Counted from the first letter of the stretch, positions 9,852-20,310 are shown. The stretch: 64,000 nucleotides of DNA from Thermococcus sp. JdFR-02 (GCA_002009975.1 MTLP01000031.1:32001-96000); one strand, 5' to 3'. Translations and numbers: made by a program. The notes: a model not told the origin generated them from the sequence alone.

Positions 9852-10526
9852 ATGATAGTAGCCTTTGATTTTGATGGCACTTTAGTAGACAGCTATACAG
9901 TAATAGAGGAAGCTTTTAGAAGAGCTTTAGAAAAACACTTTCCTTGGCTCCCCCTCAAGGGTTTCTGGGCTAAGATACTAACTAAAATAGAGCTTTACTT
10001 TGAAAGACCTCGCTTTGGAAAGCATAGAGGAAAAGTAAAACAACCTTTTTTCTTCAGATGGAAGTTTTTTAAAAGCTGGTTTGAAGAGAGAGCAAAGTTA
10101 AGTAAGCCTATAGATGACTCTAAGGAAGTTTTAAAGAAGCTTAGGGAAGAAGGACACAAGGTTATTTCCTTCTCAGCTGAGGATTTTGTAAATGGCATGA
10201 AGGAGTATCGTCTAAAAATTAGCGGTTTTTATGAACTTTTTGATGATGTAATAGTATTTGGCACTGAAATAAGCCCATGCGAGGCTATTCAGATAGTTAG
10301 AGAGAGATACGGTGATGATGTTTTTATTTGGGTAGATGACAAGCCCTGGCGCTTTATTGGAAGAGGGGATGAGAATACAGAATATGTCTGGTATTATTTC
10401 CCGCCAACAGCAAAATTTGTAAATGAAAAAATTTTGGAACAAATTCATCATTTACATGTAATCCAAGACTTGTGGAGCATTTTTGATGTTATTGAAAGGA
10501 TAAAGAAGGAAAGAAAGTCAAAATAA
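9852..10526 (+). CDS. HAD-superfamily hydrolase
   Basis: FDFDGTLVDS motif I; VDD motif IV. Confidence 0.85.
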   Translation: MIVAFDFDGTLVDSYTVIEEAFRRALEKHFPWLPLKGFWAKILTKIELYFERPRFGKHRGKVKQPFFFRWKFFKSWFEERAKLSKPIDDSKEVLKKLREEGHKVISFSAEDFVNGMKEYRLKISGFYELFDDVIVFGTEISPCEAIQIVRERYGDDVFIWVDDKPWRFIGRGDENTEYVWYYFPPTAKFVNEKILEQIHHLHVIQDLWSIFDVIERIKKERKSK

Positions 10527-10577
10527 AGGATTAGCCTAACCAGAGAACTTTTAAAAACCAAAATTTTAATTTAATTT

Positions 10578-11258
10578 ATGAGCTTACAGCTGCTACCACA
10601 AAAAGCCATCAAGCTTGGAAATGTTCTTATCATTGCTGACCTTCACTTAGGTTTTGAGGAAAGCTTAGCAAGAGAAGGAGCCTATTTGCCCAAAGCATTT
10701 GATGAGATGGTTTCTTCACTAAAAGGACTTCTCATAAAAGAAAAACCCAAAACCCTAATCATAAACGGAGATTTAAAACACTCTTTTATTCCATTTAAGA
10801 GAGAACGGCTCGAACTTAGAGCCTTTCTTGAAGAGATTCTTCCTTTAGTAAGCGAAATAATCGTTGTTAAAGGAAATCATGATGTTGGGATTTCTTGGAT
10901 AAAAGAGTTTGGCGTTGAGATTGTTGAAAAGCTTGAAATTAAAGGCTACACAATAACTCATGGACATCAACTCATTGAAGGGGAGAAATTTATCATAGGG
11001 CATGAGCATCCAGCCATAAAACTTAGAGATGAAGTTGGAGCTTTAATAAAGGTTCCAATCTTTTTGATTAGTGAAGATTTAATTGTTCTACCTGCTTTCA
11101 CCCCTTGGGCTTATGGAAACGATATTTTAAGGGAAATAATTTCTCCATATCTAGAAAAATTTGATATTAAAACATCTAAAATCCTAGTTTCCCTCGAAGA
11201 TGAAATCTTAGATTTTGGAACACTTGAAAAATTGATAGAGGCTCTGAGGAAGATTTAA
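10578..11258 (+). CDS. Calcineurin-like metallophosphoesterase
   Basis: ADLHLG, NGDLKH, KGNHD, THGH, GHEHP. Confidence 0.9.
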   Translation: MSLQLLPQKAIKLGNVLIIADLHLGFEESLAREGAYLPKAFDEMVSSLKGLLIKEKPKTLIINGDLKHSFIPFKRERLELRAFLEEILPLVSEIIVVKGNHDVGISWIKEFGVEIVEKLEIKGYTITHGHQLIEGEKFIIGHEHPAIKLRDEVGALIKVPIFLISEDLIVLPAFTPWAYGNDILREIISPYLEKFDIKTSKILVSLEDEILDFGTLEKLIEALRKI

Positions 11259-11292
11259 ATTTCTTAAACTCCAAATTTAATTTGGTGATCAC

Positions 11293-11988
11293 ATGGATGT
11301 TTTAAGTGCTATTGTATTCTTTGCATATGCCCCTGCTCTGGCGTTACTTTGGTACTTCTATCACGAAGATAAGCTCGAACCAGAGCCCAAAAAATATGTT
11401 ATTGGGACGTTCTTTTTAGGAGCAACCCTGTCAGTTTTAATAGCAATGCTTGTTGAAAAAATTCTAGTTCCAAATATTCTGCCTCCAACGGTTTTCTTTT
11501 TAGCTCTAACAGCTGGAATTGTTGAAGAACCAGCGAAAGCATTGGCAATTAAACTACCTTATAGAGCCGGGCAAATGGACGGTATTATGGACGGGGTTGT
11601 ATATGGTGTAGCTGCAGGCTTAGGATTTGCCGCAACTGAGAATTTGCTCTATGGTTTGGGTTACGGAATTGGGGCTACCATAGTAAGAGGATTTTTAACG
11701 CCTTTTGCCCACGCTACATGGAGTTCAATCATTGGTATAGGGTATGGCTTAAAGGCTGAAGGAAAAATACATAGCTTAACAAACTATTTTGCATTAGCAA
11801 TTCTGTTGCACTTCATTTGGGATTACTACGCATTCTTAAGCGTCAACATTCCAGCATACTATGTGGTGATATTCTTGTTAATATTCGTTAACATGGCACT
11901 TACAAGATACTTTATAATGCTTGGACAGAGAGAAGATTTGGAAAAAATGTGGTGGTATTGGTTTGTGGGAGGTAGAAGATATGAGTAA
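11293..11988 (+). CDS. PrsW-family intramembrane metalloprotease
   Basis: DKLEPEP, AGIVEEPAK, GLGFAATEN, HATW, LHFIWD. Confidence 0.9.
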   Translation: MDVLSAIVFFAYAPALALLWYFYHEDKLEPEPKKYVIGTFFLGATLSVLIAMLVEKILVPNILPPTVFFLALTAGIVEEPAKALAIKLPYRAGQMDGIMDGVVYGVAAGLGFAATENLLYGLGYGIGATIVRGFLTPFAHATWSSIIGIGYGLKAEGKIHSLTNYFALAILLHFIWDYYAFLSVNIPAYYVVIFLLIFVNMALTRYFIMLGQREDLEKMWWYWFVGGRRYE

Positions 11989-12184
11989 AATTGAGGATGC
12001 ACTGTTTGAGGCTCGCCCTTATGTTGAGTATTTCGATGAGCTGAAAAAAACTGTTAAAAAGATAAATGAGATAGCTAAGAGTGAAGAAGAATTTAAAAGA
12101 CTCATTGAAGAGGAAATTCAAAAAGCTCAGGAACCATTTAAAACTGATTTACGGATTTTTCTCCAGAAATTTGAAGCTCTTTGA
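11981..12184 (+). CDS. Small hypothetical protein (MSKIEDALFEARPY...)
   Basis: GGAGGT RBS, overlap with the prsW stop, T-rich terminator after. Confidence 0.7.
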   Translation: MSKIEDALFEARPYVEYFDELKKTVKKINEIAKSEEEFKRLIEEEIQKAQEPFKTDLRIFLQKFEAL

Positions 12185-12242
12185 TTTTTTCTTTTATCGA
12201 AAAATTTATTAACTTTCAGATTAAGTAAATATTGGTGAAACT

Positions 12243-13067
12243 ATGGAAAAATTTGTAACTTTTGGTATTATTTTCTTAATCATAATTTCATTTTCTGCCT
12301 GCATTTCTCAAGAAAAAGAACTCACAAAAGAGAGCATCTTAAAAGCAATCGATGGGATTAATGCCTACACTTATGAGGTAAATAGAGTCGAGAGAAGAGC
12401 AGGCAGAGAATATGAAATATATCTCCATGAAGGGATAGATCGAGAAAGAAAAATATTTTTTGCATTTATAAACATTAGAGTGAAATTTGAAGAAACATCT
12501 GGAAGAACCAGGACATGGGAATATTTTGATGGCTCTAAGCTCTATGCAAGAATTGAGCAAAAAGAAAATGGAAGAATGAAGAATGTGACATTTTCCTATA
12601 CTATTGACGAACTTTACAATCTCACACATAAATATCTAAAAAATGTGAGCAGAGAAGAGTATCTTAAACGCGTGATGAATAGAAGAGACTTTTTAATCAG
12701 CAAACTGAAAGTCTTGCTGTCCAAGGCAGAAATCAAGTCTATAGAAAGGGATGGAAAACAGTACAAGGTAACATTTGAGGTTCATAACGAGTATGAGAGT
12801 GTCCCAAATATAACAATCTCCAATGCTAATCCAACCGTTATAGAAGACTACAAAGAAAGCATGAGAAGCTGGATCATTGAAGAGATGCAAGGCAAACTCT
12901 GGGTCGATAATAAAGGAAGACCTACAAAACTTGAAGTTGAAAACAGAAGACGTATAACATTTAAATTGGCGAACAAAACTTATGAGGAATTCATCCAATA
13001 TAACATTACTTTCACTTACATGTTTGAGCTTCCAAAATGGGTCAATGGAATAAAAGAAAAAAGCTGA
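12243..13067 (+). CDS. Hypothetical lipoprotein
   Basis: Hydrophobic N-terminus ending FSACIS (lipobox-like); beta-rich body; own TATA box and GGTGA RBS. Confidence 0.7.
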   Translation: MEKFVTFGIIFLIIISFSACISQEKELTKESILKAIDGINAYTYEVNRVERRAGREYEIYLHEGIDRERKIFFAFINIRVKFEETSGRTRTWEYFDGSKLYARIEQKENGRMKNVTFSYTIDELYNLTHKYLKNVSREEYLKRVMNRRDFLISKLKVLLSKAEIKSIERDGKQYKVTFEVHNEYESVPNITISNANPTVIEDYKESMRSWIIEEMQGKLWVDNKGRPTKLEVENRRRITFKLANKTYEEFIQYNITFTYMFELPKWVNGIKEKS

Positions 13068-13069
13068 AT

Positions 13070-14131
13070 CTAATCACTTGTCAAATTTAAGACCAGCTCT
13101 TGCAACACTTCTCTAGTGAAGGGTTTATTTCCCTTTAAAATCAGGTATAGCTCCCTAAGAAGTGGAACATCTTTAGCTATTTGAAGCTTACCTTCTCTCT
13201 CTAAGTTTAACACTAATTTATATGCAGATGGGAGTGTGCCGTATCCTTCAACAGTCCCCTTCCCTCTACGCCTCATCTCTTCAAGTGCCTCTTCAACAGT
13301 AAGCCCGCTTCCCAAAAGCTCACCAAACATAACGTTTCTTCCACCCCTCGCTGTTGTCTCCAAATCTCCTATTCCTGCTAGTCCATATGCACTCTCACTC
13401 TTTCCTCCAAGCGCTTCAGCTATTTTACCCATCTCTTTAACTGCTTGTGTAAAAAGCAACCCTCTCGTATTGTCTATTGTCTCCACATCTAATTGTCCCT
13501 TCATACCCTCACACATTCCTATGGAAATAGCATAAACATTTTTCAATGCTGAGCATATCTCAACTCCAATTACGTCATCACTAAGAATGGGTCTGTAATA
13601 ATCTGTTTCAAACGCTTCTTTACATTTCTTTGCAGCTTTCAGATCTTTTGAGGCAAATACAACACTTGTAGGAACTTTTTTAGCCAATTCTAAAGCCAAA
13701 GAAGGACCAGCTATTGCAAGTAATGAGATGCTATCCCTTTTCTCTTCAGGTAACTCAGATTTAACGACTTCCAACATAGTATATATTTTTCCTTCAAAAT
13801 CCTCAAGCCCCTTTGCGATAGTAATGACCACAGTCCCCTCCTCAAGATATGGCATAATCCTTCTCGCTATACTTCTAACGCCTGCTGATAAAACACCTAT
13901 AACGACGATTTCACTGCCTTTTACTGCCTCTCCTATCTCCTCAGGCGAAAATAGTTCAACTTCCTTTGGTATTTCAACTTTAAGCCTTGGATGTATCCCT
14001 GTTCTTGCTATCTCCTCCAAAATTCTCCTATCAAATTCTGTGCCCCAAAGCTTTACTCTATTCCCATTTTCTGCTAGAGGTATTGTCAAAGCACTTCCCA
14101 TCACACCCGCACCAAGAACTACCACCTCCAT
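13070..14131 (-). CDS. gpsA: NAD(P)H-dependent glycerol-3-phosphate dehydrogenase family protein
   Basis: GAGVMGSAL Rossmann motif, IAKGLE, GPSLALE, DVIGVEICSALKNVYAI, GIGDL..T..GGRN, VEG. Confidence 0.88.
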   Translation of the reverse strand: MEVVVLGAGVMGSALTIPLAENGNRVKLWGTEFDRRILEEIARTGIHPRLKVEIPKEVELFSPEEIGEAVKGSEIVVIGVLSAGVRSIARRIMPYLEEGTVVITIAKGLEDFEGKIYTMLEVVKSELPEEKRDSISLLAIAGPSLALELAKKVPTSVVFASKDLKAAKKCKEAFETDYYRPILSDDVIGVEICSALKNVYAISIGMCEGMKGQLDVETIDNTRGLLFTQAVKEMGKIAEALGGKSESAYGLAGIGDLETTARGGRNVMFGELLGSGLTVEEALEEMRRRGKGTVEGYGTLPSAYKLVLNLEREGKLQIAKDVPLLRELYLILKGNKPFTREVLQELVLNLTSD

Positions 14132-14182
14132 AAAACTACGCCTCCTAAAAATTTTAAAAATAGCTAACAAGGAGCATGATGT

Positions 14183-15394
14183 TCAATTCCTAACCTTCTC
14201 ATCCACAAGCTTATTGAGTTCTTCTATCAATCTCTCTTCTTTTCCTACATCGACTGTAGTTGCAGCGGCATAATCATGACATGCATCAATGTCTCCTCCA
14301 ACACGCTTTGCTGCCTCCGGAAGTAACCATGCCAAACCAGGCATCTCTTTTGATAATATCCTCTCCTCCAGAGAAGGTGGGACTCTCATTGAAAGCTTTG
14401 CAATATTCCAATCAAACTTACCAAGCTTTGGAACACGTGGGGGCATGTTCTGGAAACCTGCTATGTATTTGTTTGGGTCTATAAATTCCCTAGTGCGGAT
14501 TTCCATACAAAATTCACCAATCACTTTTACCCCCATTGGTTCAAAATCATCATGAACATGGAACCACTGAACATATTTAGTTTGGATTAATCCACCACTG
14601 CTAAGCTTTTCAAGAGCTTTTTCAAATTTCTCCCTCTTTATTCTGTTAAGCTCCTCAAGCTTTTTCTCTGATTTTTCATTTGGTCCTTTAAGGCACATCT
14701 CAATTCCTATTTCTGGTCCGTCTAGATAATAACCCACTGCTCCAAGAACAGTTAAATTCTTTGCAAACTTGGATATAGGTAGTCTTTCACCAAAAACTGT
14801 TAAAAAGTACTCCTCTTTTCCATCTTTCTTTAAGACTTCTACTTGTCCTGCCTTAACTGCTTCTTCTAAGACTTCTCTATTCACGCTCACAAGAGAACCA
14901 AATCTGTGGTGGCTATCTCCAATTGCACCAATAACTCCTAGGTATGCCAAGTCCCTATTGTCTCCTAAAAGGTTTGCAAAAAGATAGGCTGCTGAAGCTG
15001 CCGAAATATCTTTTTCTCCACTCACACCATAAAACTCTGTTGAAAAGTTGAACACTTTTGGATCATCAACCTTAGATGGTAAATGGTGATCTATTATCAC
15101 AACATAGTTCTTTCCGTTATTTATTCTTGCAATTTCTGGGGCTGCTCTACTACCAAGGTCACAAAACAGTATTAGATTGTCATAAAGCTCAAATATCCTT
15201 TTCACGATTAGTGGATGAACCCTTTCTATTGGCACGTTTTCAACTTCATGCCCAGCTCTTTCAAGAGCTGCTTTTAAAATTGCACCCGAAGAAAGACCAT
15301 CAGCATCGTTGTGGTGCACGAGGGTTATTTTTTCGCTTTTTTCTATTAAAGGAAGGACTTTCTTTAAGTCCTCCAAAAATTCTTCTTTTGACAT
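14183..15394 (-). CDS. DHH-family phosphoesterase
   Basis: HHNDADG, DLG, IIDHH, GAIGD; C-terminal GGDIDACHDYAA in place of the GGGH..AA motif. Confidence 0.85.
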   Translation of the reverse strand: MSKEEFLEDLKKVLPLIEKSEKITLVHHNDADGLSSGAILKAALERAGHEVENVPIERVHPLIVKRIFELYDNLILFCDLGSRAAPEIARINNGKNYVVIIDHHLPSKVDDPKVFNFSTEFYGVSGEKDISAASAAYLFANLLGDNRDLAYLGVIGAIGDSHHRFGSLVSVNREVLEEAVKAGQVEVLKKDGKEEYFLTVFGERLPISKFAKNLTVLGAVGYYLDGPEIGIEMCLKGPNEKSEKKLEELNRIKREKFEKALEKLSSGGLIQTKYVQWFHVHDDFEPMGVKVIGEFCMEIRTREFIDPNKYIAGFQNMPPRVPKLGKFDWNIAKLSMRVPPSLEERILSKEMPGLAWLLPEAAKRVGGDIDACHDYAAATTVDVGKEERLIEELNKLVDEKVRN

Positions 15395-15405
15395 AAAAAC
15401 GCCCC

Positions 15406-16215
15406 CTATATCAATTTCAAAACATCGTTTACGCTGTCAAAAACATAATCAACCAATTCTAATTTAGATTTGTCAACTTTTTCCAAATCCTCACGGCTTG
15501 TTACACCTGTAAGAACCAACACCGTTGTTAAACCGGCTGATTTTCCAGCCTTCATATCTGTATCTATTTGATCACCAACCATTACACACTCATCTGGCTT
15601 GAGTCCAAGTTTTTCAAGCGCCATTTGAACTATTACGGGAGAAGGTTTTCCTACTATAACAGGCTCTACCCCCGTCATAGCCTTAACTGCACCAATGAAT
15701 GCCCCGGTTCCTGGCAACAGTTTTCCATCCTTTCCCGGAAAAGTTGGATCTGGATTAACAGCTACAAACTTTGCTCCTGCTTTAATAGCCCTTAAAGCTC
15801 CCGTAAACTTCCATCTATTTTCCTCCGTTACATAGCCTTTTTCATCAAAAGGTGAACCTGCAACCACGAACTCAGCTTCTTCCGGTTCTTCAACCACTAT
15901 TAAACCTGCCTTTTCAAGTTCTTTCCTAAGACCTCTTGCACCAACCCAGTAGACTTTTTTGCTCTTGCAGTGTTTTGCAACATAATCTGCAATAGCACTT
16001 GTTGCAAGAACTAAATCTTCAGGCTCAGCTGGTATTCCAAGCCTATGCAGCTTTTCAACATACTCTTCACGGGATTTCGTGGAAAGATTTGACAAAAAAA
16101 CTATCTTAATTCCGGCTTCTCTTAACTTTGCTATAGTCTCCTTAGCTCCAGGAATTGGTTTATCTCCTCTACATAAAACCCCATCTATATCAAAGATGAA
16201 TCCCTTGTATCCCAT
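15406..16215 (-). CDS. HAD-IIA (NagD-like) phosphatase
   Basis: FDIDGVL, LSN, NPD, VGKPS, MVGDQIDTDM, VLTGV. Confidence 0.92.
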   Translation of the reverse strand: MGYKGFIFDIDGVLCRGDKPIPGAKETIAKLREAGIKIVFLSNLSTKSREEYVEKLHRLGIPAEPEDLVLATSAIADYVAKHCKSKKVYWVGARGLRKELEKAGLIVVEEPEEAEFVVAGSPFDEKGYVTEENRWKFTGALRAIKAGAKFVAVNPDPTFPGKDGKLLPGTGAFIGAVKAMTGVEPVIVGKPSPVIVQMALEKLGLKPDECVMVGDQIDTDMKAGKSAGLTTVLVLTGVTSREDLEKVDKSKLELVDYVFDSVNDVLKLI

Positions 16216-16220
16216 ATCAG

Positions 16221-17282
16221 CTACCTCCTCTCTTTAGGGAACACTATACATTCTTTCAGCTCAACTTTCACAATTTGTCCAACTTCAAGCTCCACTTCAG
16301 GTCCAGTCTTCATTCTAAGTTCTATATCTCCTAAAACAAGCCTATAATCATAGGAATCTCCAAGAAATGTCTTCTTCACAACCTTTGACTCAACAACATT
16401 TACTCCTTCTTTCTGAGCAAGCCTTATATTTTCTGGTCTTATGCTAATGATAGCTTTGGAACCTTTGTGGACATTTCTCGACAGAAATCCTTCTAAAGAA
16501 ATCCCCTCTTTGATTTCTACAGTTGCAATGCCCTTTTCATTATCCACCCCTACAACCCTTCCTTCCAAGAAATTTGAAATTCCTATGAAATCAGCCACAA
16601 AAGGTGTCTTTGGTCTTTTATATATCTCATATGGCGTTCCAATTTGCTCAATCCTTCCTCTATTCATAACCGCAATTCTATCACTGATAACTAACGCTTC
16701 TGCCTGATCGTGAGTGACATAAATTGCTGGTATTTTAAGCTTCTTTTGAAGTTCTACTAATTCAAAACGAACTCTTTCTCTAAGTTTTGCATCCAAGTTT
16801 GAGAGAGGTTCATCAAAGAGCAACATCTTAGGATGAACCGCTATTGCCCTTGCAATTGCAACTCTCTGCTGCTGTCCACCGCTAAGCTGTCTTGGATATC
16901 TATCTTCAAGTCCCTGCAAACCTACAAGCTCTAAAGCTTCTTTAACTCTCTTTCTAATTTCTTCTTCTGGAAGTTTCTTTAACTTTAATCCAAAAGCAAC
17001 ATTTTCAAAGACCGTCATGTGCGGGAAAAGGGCATAACTTTGAAAAACAAAGCCAACTTCTCTCTTCTCTACTGGAACGTCTGTTATATCCTCATTTCCA
17101 AAGTAAACTCTACCCTCATCAGGCTTTATCAATCCAGCGATTATTCTTAGCGTTGTTGTTTTTCCACAGCCACTTGGACCTAGGAGGGAAAAGAACTCAT
17201 CTTTCCTTTTTAGCTCAAAGGTTACCCCATCAACAGCGCGGGTTTTACCATAATACTTCTTTAAGTTAACAACTTTTAGCAT
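16221..17282 (-). CDS. ABC importer ATP-binding protein (PotA/AfuC-like)
   Basis: GPSGCGKTT, VFQSYALFPH, LSGGQQQR, DEPLSNLDAKLR, TOBE-like tail. Confidence 0.93.
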   Translation of the reverse strand: MLKVVNLKKYYGKTRAVDGVTFELKRKDEFFSLLGPSGCGKTTTLRIIAGLIKPDEGRVYFGNEDITDVPVEKREVGFVFQSYALFPHMTVFENVAFGLKLKKLPEEEIRKRVKEALELVGLQGLEDRYPRQLSGGQQQRVAIARAIAVHPKMLLFDEPLSNLDAKLRERVRFELVELQKKLKIPAIYVTHDQAEALVISDRIAVMNRGRIEQIGTPYEIYKRPKTPFVADFIGISNFLEGRVVGVDNEKGIATVEIKEGISLEGFLSRNVHKGSKAIISIRPENIRLAQKEGVNVVESKVVKKTFLGDSYDYRLVLGDIELRMKTGPEVELEVGQIVKVELKECIVFPKERR

Positions 17283-17292
17283 TTCACCCACC

Positions 17293-18096
17293 TCAGACTC
17301 TTTGGAGAGATATTCCCGTGTATTTCTCAAGCAGGAATATCAATATCAATGAAGGAACTACTAACAAAGTGCTCAAAGCACCAGCCAAGTGAGGTGCCCA
17401 GTAATAACCTCCAGCGTTTTGATAAACTTTAACAGCAATGGTGGCTATTGTTGGATATCCCAGTAGCATTGTCAGAACGAATTCATTTATTGACCACGCA
17501 AAAGCCAAAACACCTGCAGCTGCCAAATATGGCTTTAACAATGGAAGATAAACCTTCCTAATTATTGTTAATCCTTTTGCACCAAAGACTTTTGCCGCCT
17601 CCTCTAACTCAGGATCAATTGATGCAAAACCGTTAGTTAAGTTACGGAAAACATAAGGAACTGCACCAACTGAGTGTGCTAGCACTATACCATGGAAAGT
17701 ATAGAGCCATCCTAACCTTGAATAAACTGGAAGCATTCCAACTCCCAAAGCAACTGCTGGAACTGTTTGTGGTATGCTTCCAAAGGTCTCAAAAAAGTCT
17801 CTCCCAAATTTTATTTTACCTGTTCCAATAACGTAAGCTGGTAGGAGGTTTAAGAGAATAACAAATACTGCAACTGTTATTGCTATAACGAATGTCATCC
17901 ATATTGCTTTGAATATCTCTGGTGTTTGAAAGACTTGGACGTACCATTTAATCCCTACCTTCTCTGGAGCCCACCATTTTTGGATTCTGTACCATTGAGT
18001 TGCCAATGATTCAAGTATCATAACCCCAAGGGGAAAGAAGATGTAGAAGGCAAGTAATGAAGCCAAAATAATTCCGACTTTATCTCCTCTTTTCAT
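17293..18096 (-). CDS. ABC importer permease (PotC-like)
   Basis: EAA loop IDPELEEAAKVFGA; about 6 TM. Confidence 0.9.
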   Translation of the reverse strand: MKRGDKVGIILASLLAFYIFFPLGVMILESLATQWYRIQKWWAPEKVGIKWYVQVFQTPEIFKAIWMTFVIAITVAVFVILLNLLPAYVIGTGKIKFGRDFFETFGSIPQTVPAVALGVGMLPVYSRLGWLYTFHGIVLAHSVGAVPYVFRNLTNGFASIDPELEEAAKVFGAKGLTIIRKVYLPLLKPYLAAAGVLAFAWSINEFVLTMLLGYPTIATIAVKVYQNAGGYYWAPHLAGALSTLLVVPSLILIFLLEKYTGISLQRV

Positions 18097-18926
18097 TGAT
18101 ATCCACCTCTCCTAAGCCTAATTGAAAGCGTGAAGTATATATATCCTAGAAACATTGAAATTGCGACAAAAACCATTGACATTGCAGAGGCTTTTGCAAT
18201 ATCAAACTCCTGGTTTAGAATGTAATATATGTAGACTGGGAAGTAAGTTGGTTCACTACCTAAAATTAAGGGTATTGAAACTCCTACAAATGCTGCAAGA
18301 AACACTATTGATGTTCCTGTAATTAGTGCACGCCATGTTAAAGGAAGGTAAATTTTTTTGATTATCACCCATCCACTTGCTCCCAATGATCTTGCGGCTT
18401 CAATTATCTCTGGATTAATCTTGACCAATGCCGCATAGGAAATTATGAAAATCATTGGAATATAGAGCCATATGTGGGCAATATTTATTGAAATTCCTTT
18501 ACCCATGAAGTTTATTGGTTCAAAGCCAAGCTTTGTTAGCAGTATGTTAAGGATCATTGTAACGTATCCCTTCGGTGCAAGAAGAGCCCTCCAGATGAAA
18601 CCTATAACTATATAGGGGACAAAAAGAGGAACTCTAAGAACTTGGATTATAACATTTTCATAGGATTTCCTCATGACCAAAATTAGCGCGATTGAGTAGC
18701 CAAAAAACGCTGAGAGCAGTGTTGATACAAAGGCTACTCTTATTGTAAATATCAAGGATTTCCAAGCATATTTGTCTGGTTTAAACAGTGCTAATGCATT
18801 TGCAAGCCCAAATTCTTTGCTGCTAGTGTAAAACACATTAAACAAGGGCCAAAATAAAACCACTGCAAAAAATATTAAAAGAGGTGAAAAATAAAGAAAG
18901 TTCTTTAAGCGCTCATCCATAGACAT
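18093..18926 (-). CDS. ABC importer permease (PotB-like)
   Basis: EAA loop INPEIIEAARSLGAS; about 6 TM. Confidence 0.9.
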   Translation of the reverse strand: MSMDERLKNFLYFSPLLIFFAVVLFWPLFNVFYTSSKEFGLANALALFKPDKYAWKSLIFTIRVAFVSTLLSAFFGYSIALILVMRKSYENVIIQVLRVPLFVPYIVIGFIWRALLAPKGYVTMILNILLTKLGFEPINFMGKGISINIAHIWLYIPMIFIISYAALVKINPEIIEAARSLGASGWVIIKKIYLPLTWRALITGTSIVFLAAFVGVSIPLILGSEPTYFPVYIYYILNQEFDIAKASAMSMVFVAISMFLGYIYFTLSIRLRRGGYQ

Positions 18927-18933
18927 CACGCTT

Positions 18934-20223
18934 TCACCTTTCTTTAACTTCCTCTGTCCACTTCTTCATCATGTAGAACATGTACTCAGCATGTCTGTAC
19001 CTAAGCTCTGGTTTTCTTAATGGGTCTCTCCATGCTTTGAAGTCAATTCCTTCTGGTAACCAAACTCCTATTCCGTTAATTCCATTGAAGGTTGGTGTGT
19101 CTGGCATAGCGTCGGTTTTTATTGGGTAAGCACCAATTTCTTGTGGAATTCTTCTTTGAACTTCATCTGAAAGCATGAAGTTAATCCATACTAATGCAGC
19201 GTACTTGTGAGGTGCGTTGTAAGGAATAGCGTAACCATCAAATCCACCAGAGGCAATTGGTGGATCAATCATGTACATTCCAATCATGTTTGGATCTAAC
19301 CTTCCAGCTTGTATTTCTTGGAGAGTAATTGATGTCCACATTGGGATTAGACCAACTTCACCTTGCTCTAAAAGTTCAATCGTAGCTTTATTCCCTTCAG
19401 GATACGGATTGTTTTTGTACAAGTAAGGTTCAAGTTGGTTTAGATAATCAAATACACGCTTTGAAAGTTCTTCTGCTCTATTTTCATCAAAGGGCTTGAA
19501 AGCATAGGCATCGTAACCGTTAATGTAGTAAGCGACTGAAATTAACCAAGTGTGTCCAGAACCACCTTTATTTGGATCACAGTATGCGAACATTCCGGGG
19601 TTTCTCTTAACCCAGTCTAAAAGTTCATCCATTGTCTTTGGAGGAGCCTCCATCTTTCCTTCTTCAACCCACTTCTTATTGTAGAGCATTGCAACTTGCC
19701 ATTGGAGAATTGGAACGTGTCTTCCATAGGATGGATAGAAGTCGTGGAAGTACTTAGGAATGTATGGGATGTCTTTAGCATTTGGAACAAGATCAACTAT
19801 TGGAACGTCCCACCAAATGCCGGCTTTGTAACCTTCAGCAAATGGTGCTGACCATATCATAACAACGTCAATGTCTCCTACCTCTACCCCTCTCTTCTTT
19901 TCGTCTTTAAGTTTTTCAACCGCTTTAAACCATCCAACGTCTTGATATTCAAACTTTATACCATATTTCTGTTCAAATTCTTTTCCAAGCTTTCTGTAGA
20001 AGTCATGCTCTGCAACACTTCCAAAACCAACCACTACAACTTTTCCTTCTTGCTGTGCACGCTTTACTATTTCTTCCCACGGAACTTCATATGCAAGCTT
20101 GTACTCCACGGCACCAGTAACAGTCTCAGTTACGGTTGCTTGTTCTTTTGAAACACACCCTGCTGCACTTAGCACTATCACTCCAATAAACAAAGCAGCC
20201 AAAAAGCCAAATTTTCTATTCAT
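18934..20223 (-). CDS. ABC substrate-binding lipoprotein (PotD/AfuA/YnjB-like fold)
   Basis: Lipobox AAGC, AQQEGKV, DPNKGGSG, AIPYNAPHKYAALVWINFMLSDEVQ. Confidence 0.85.
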   Translation of the reverse strand: MNRKFGFLAALFIGVIVLSAAGCVSKEQATVTETVTGAVEYKLAYEVPWEEIVKRAQQEGKVVVVGFGSVAEHDFYRKLGKEFEQKYGIKFEYQDVGWFKAVEKLKDEKKRGVEVGDIDVVMIWSAPFAEGYKAGIWWDVPIVDLVPNAKDIPYIPKYFHDFYPSYGRHVPILQWQVAMLYNKKWVEEGKMEAPPKTMDELLDWVKRNPGMFAYCDPNKGGSGHTWLISVAYYINGYDAYAFKPFDENRAEELSKRVFDYLNQLEPYLYKNNPYPEGNKATIELLEQGEVGLIPMWTSITLQEIQAGRLDPNMIGMYMIDPPIASGGFDGYAIPYNAPHKYAALVWINFMLSDEVQRRIPQEIGAYPIKTDAMPDTPTFNGINGIGVWLPEGIDFKAWRDPLRKPELRYRHAEYMFYMMKKWTEEVKER

Positions 20224-20287
20224 AACTTCCCCACCTACTTCCGCTGTTCAACTATTACGCGGATTTAAAACAGCCCAAGATTTTAGC

Positions 20288-20310
20288 TATATTGACCATA
20301 TACCAATATA
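20288..20310. promoter_or_regulatory. Inverted repeat TATATTG-n9-CAATATA just downstream of the TATA-like element of the SBP operon
   Basis: Sequence tatattgaccatataccaatata; minus-strand TATATATA at about 20314-20321. Confidence 0.4.

Noticed and set aside
13236-14555. Long plus-strand ORFs opposite gpsA/DHH, and similar ones opposite dnaG, ftsZ and rpl1
   Set aside because: Ser/Leu/Phe-rich antisense shadows of real genes, with no RBS or motifs
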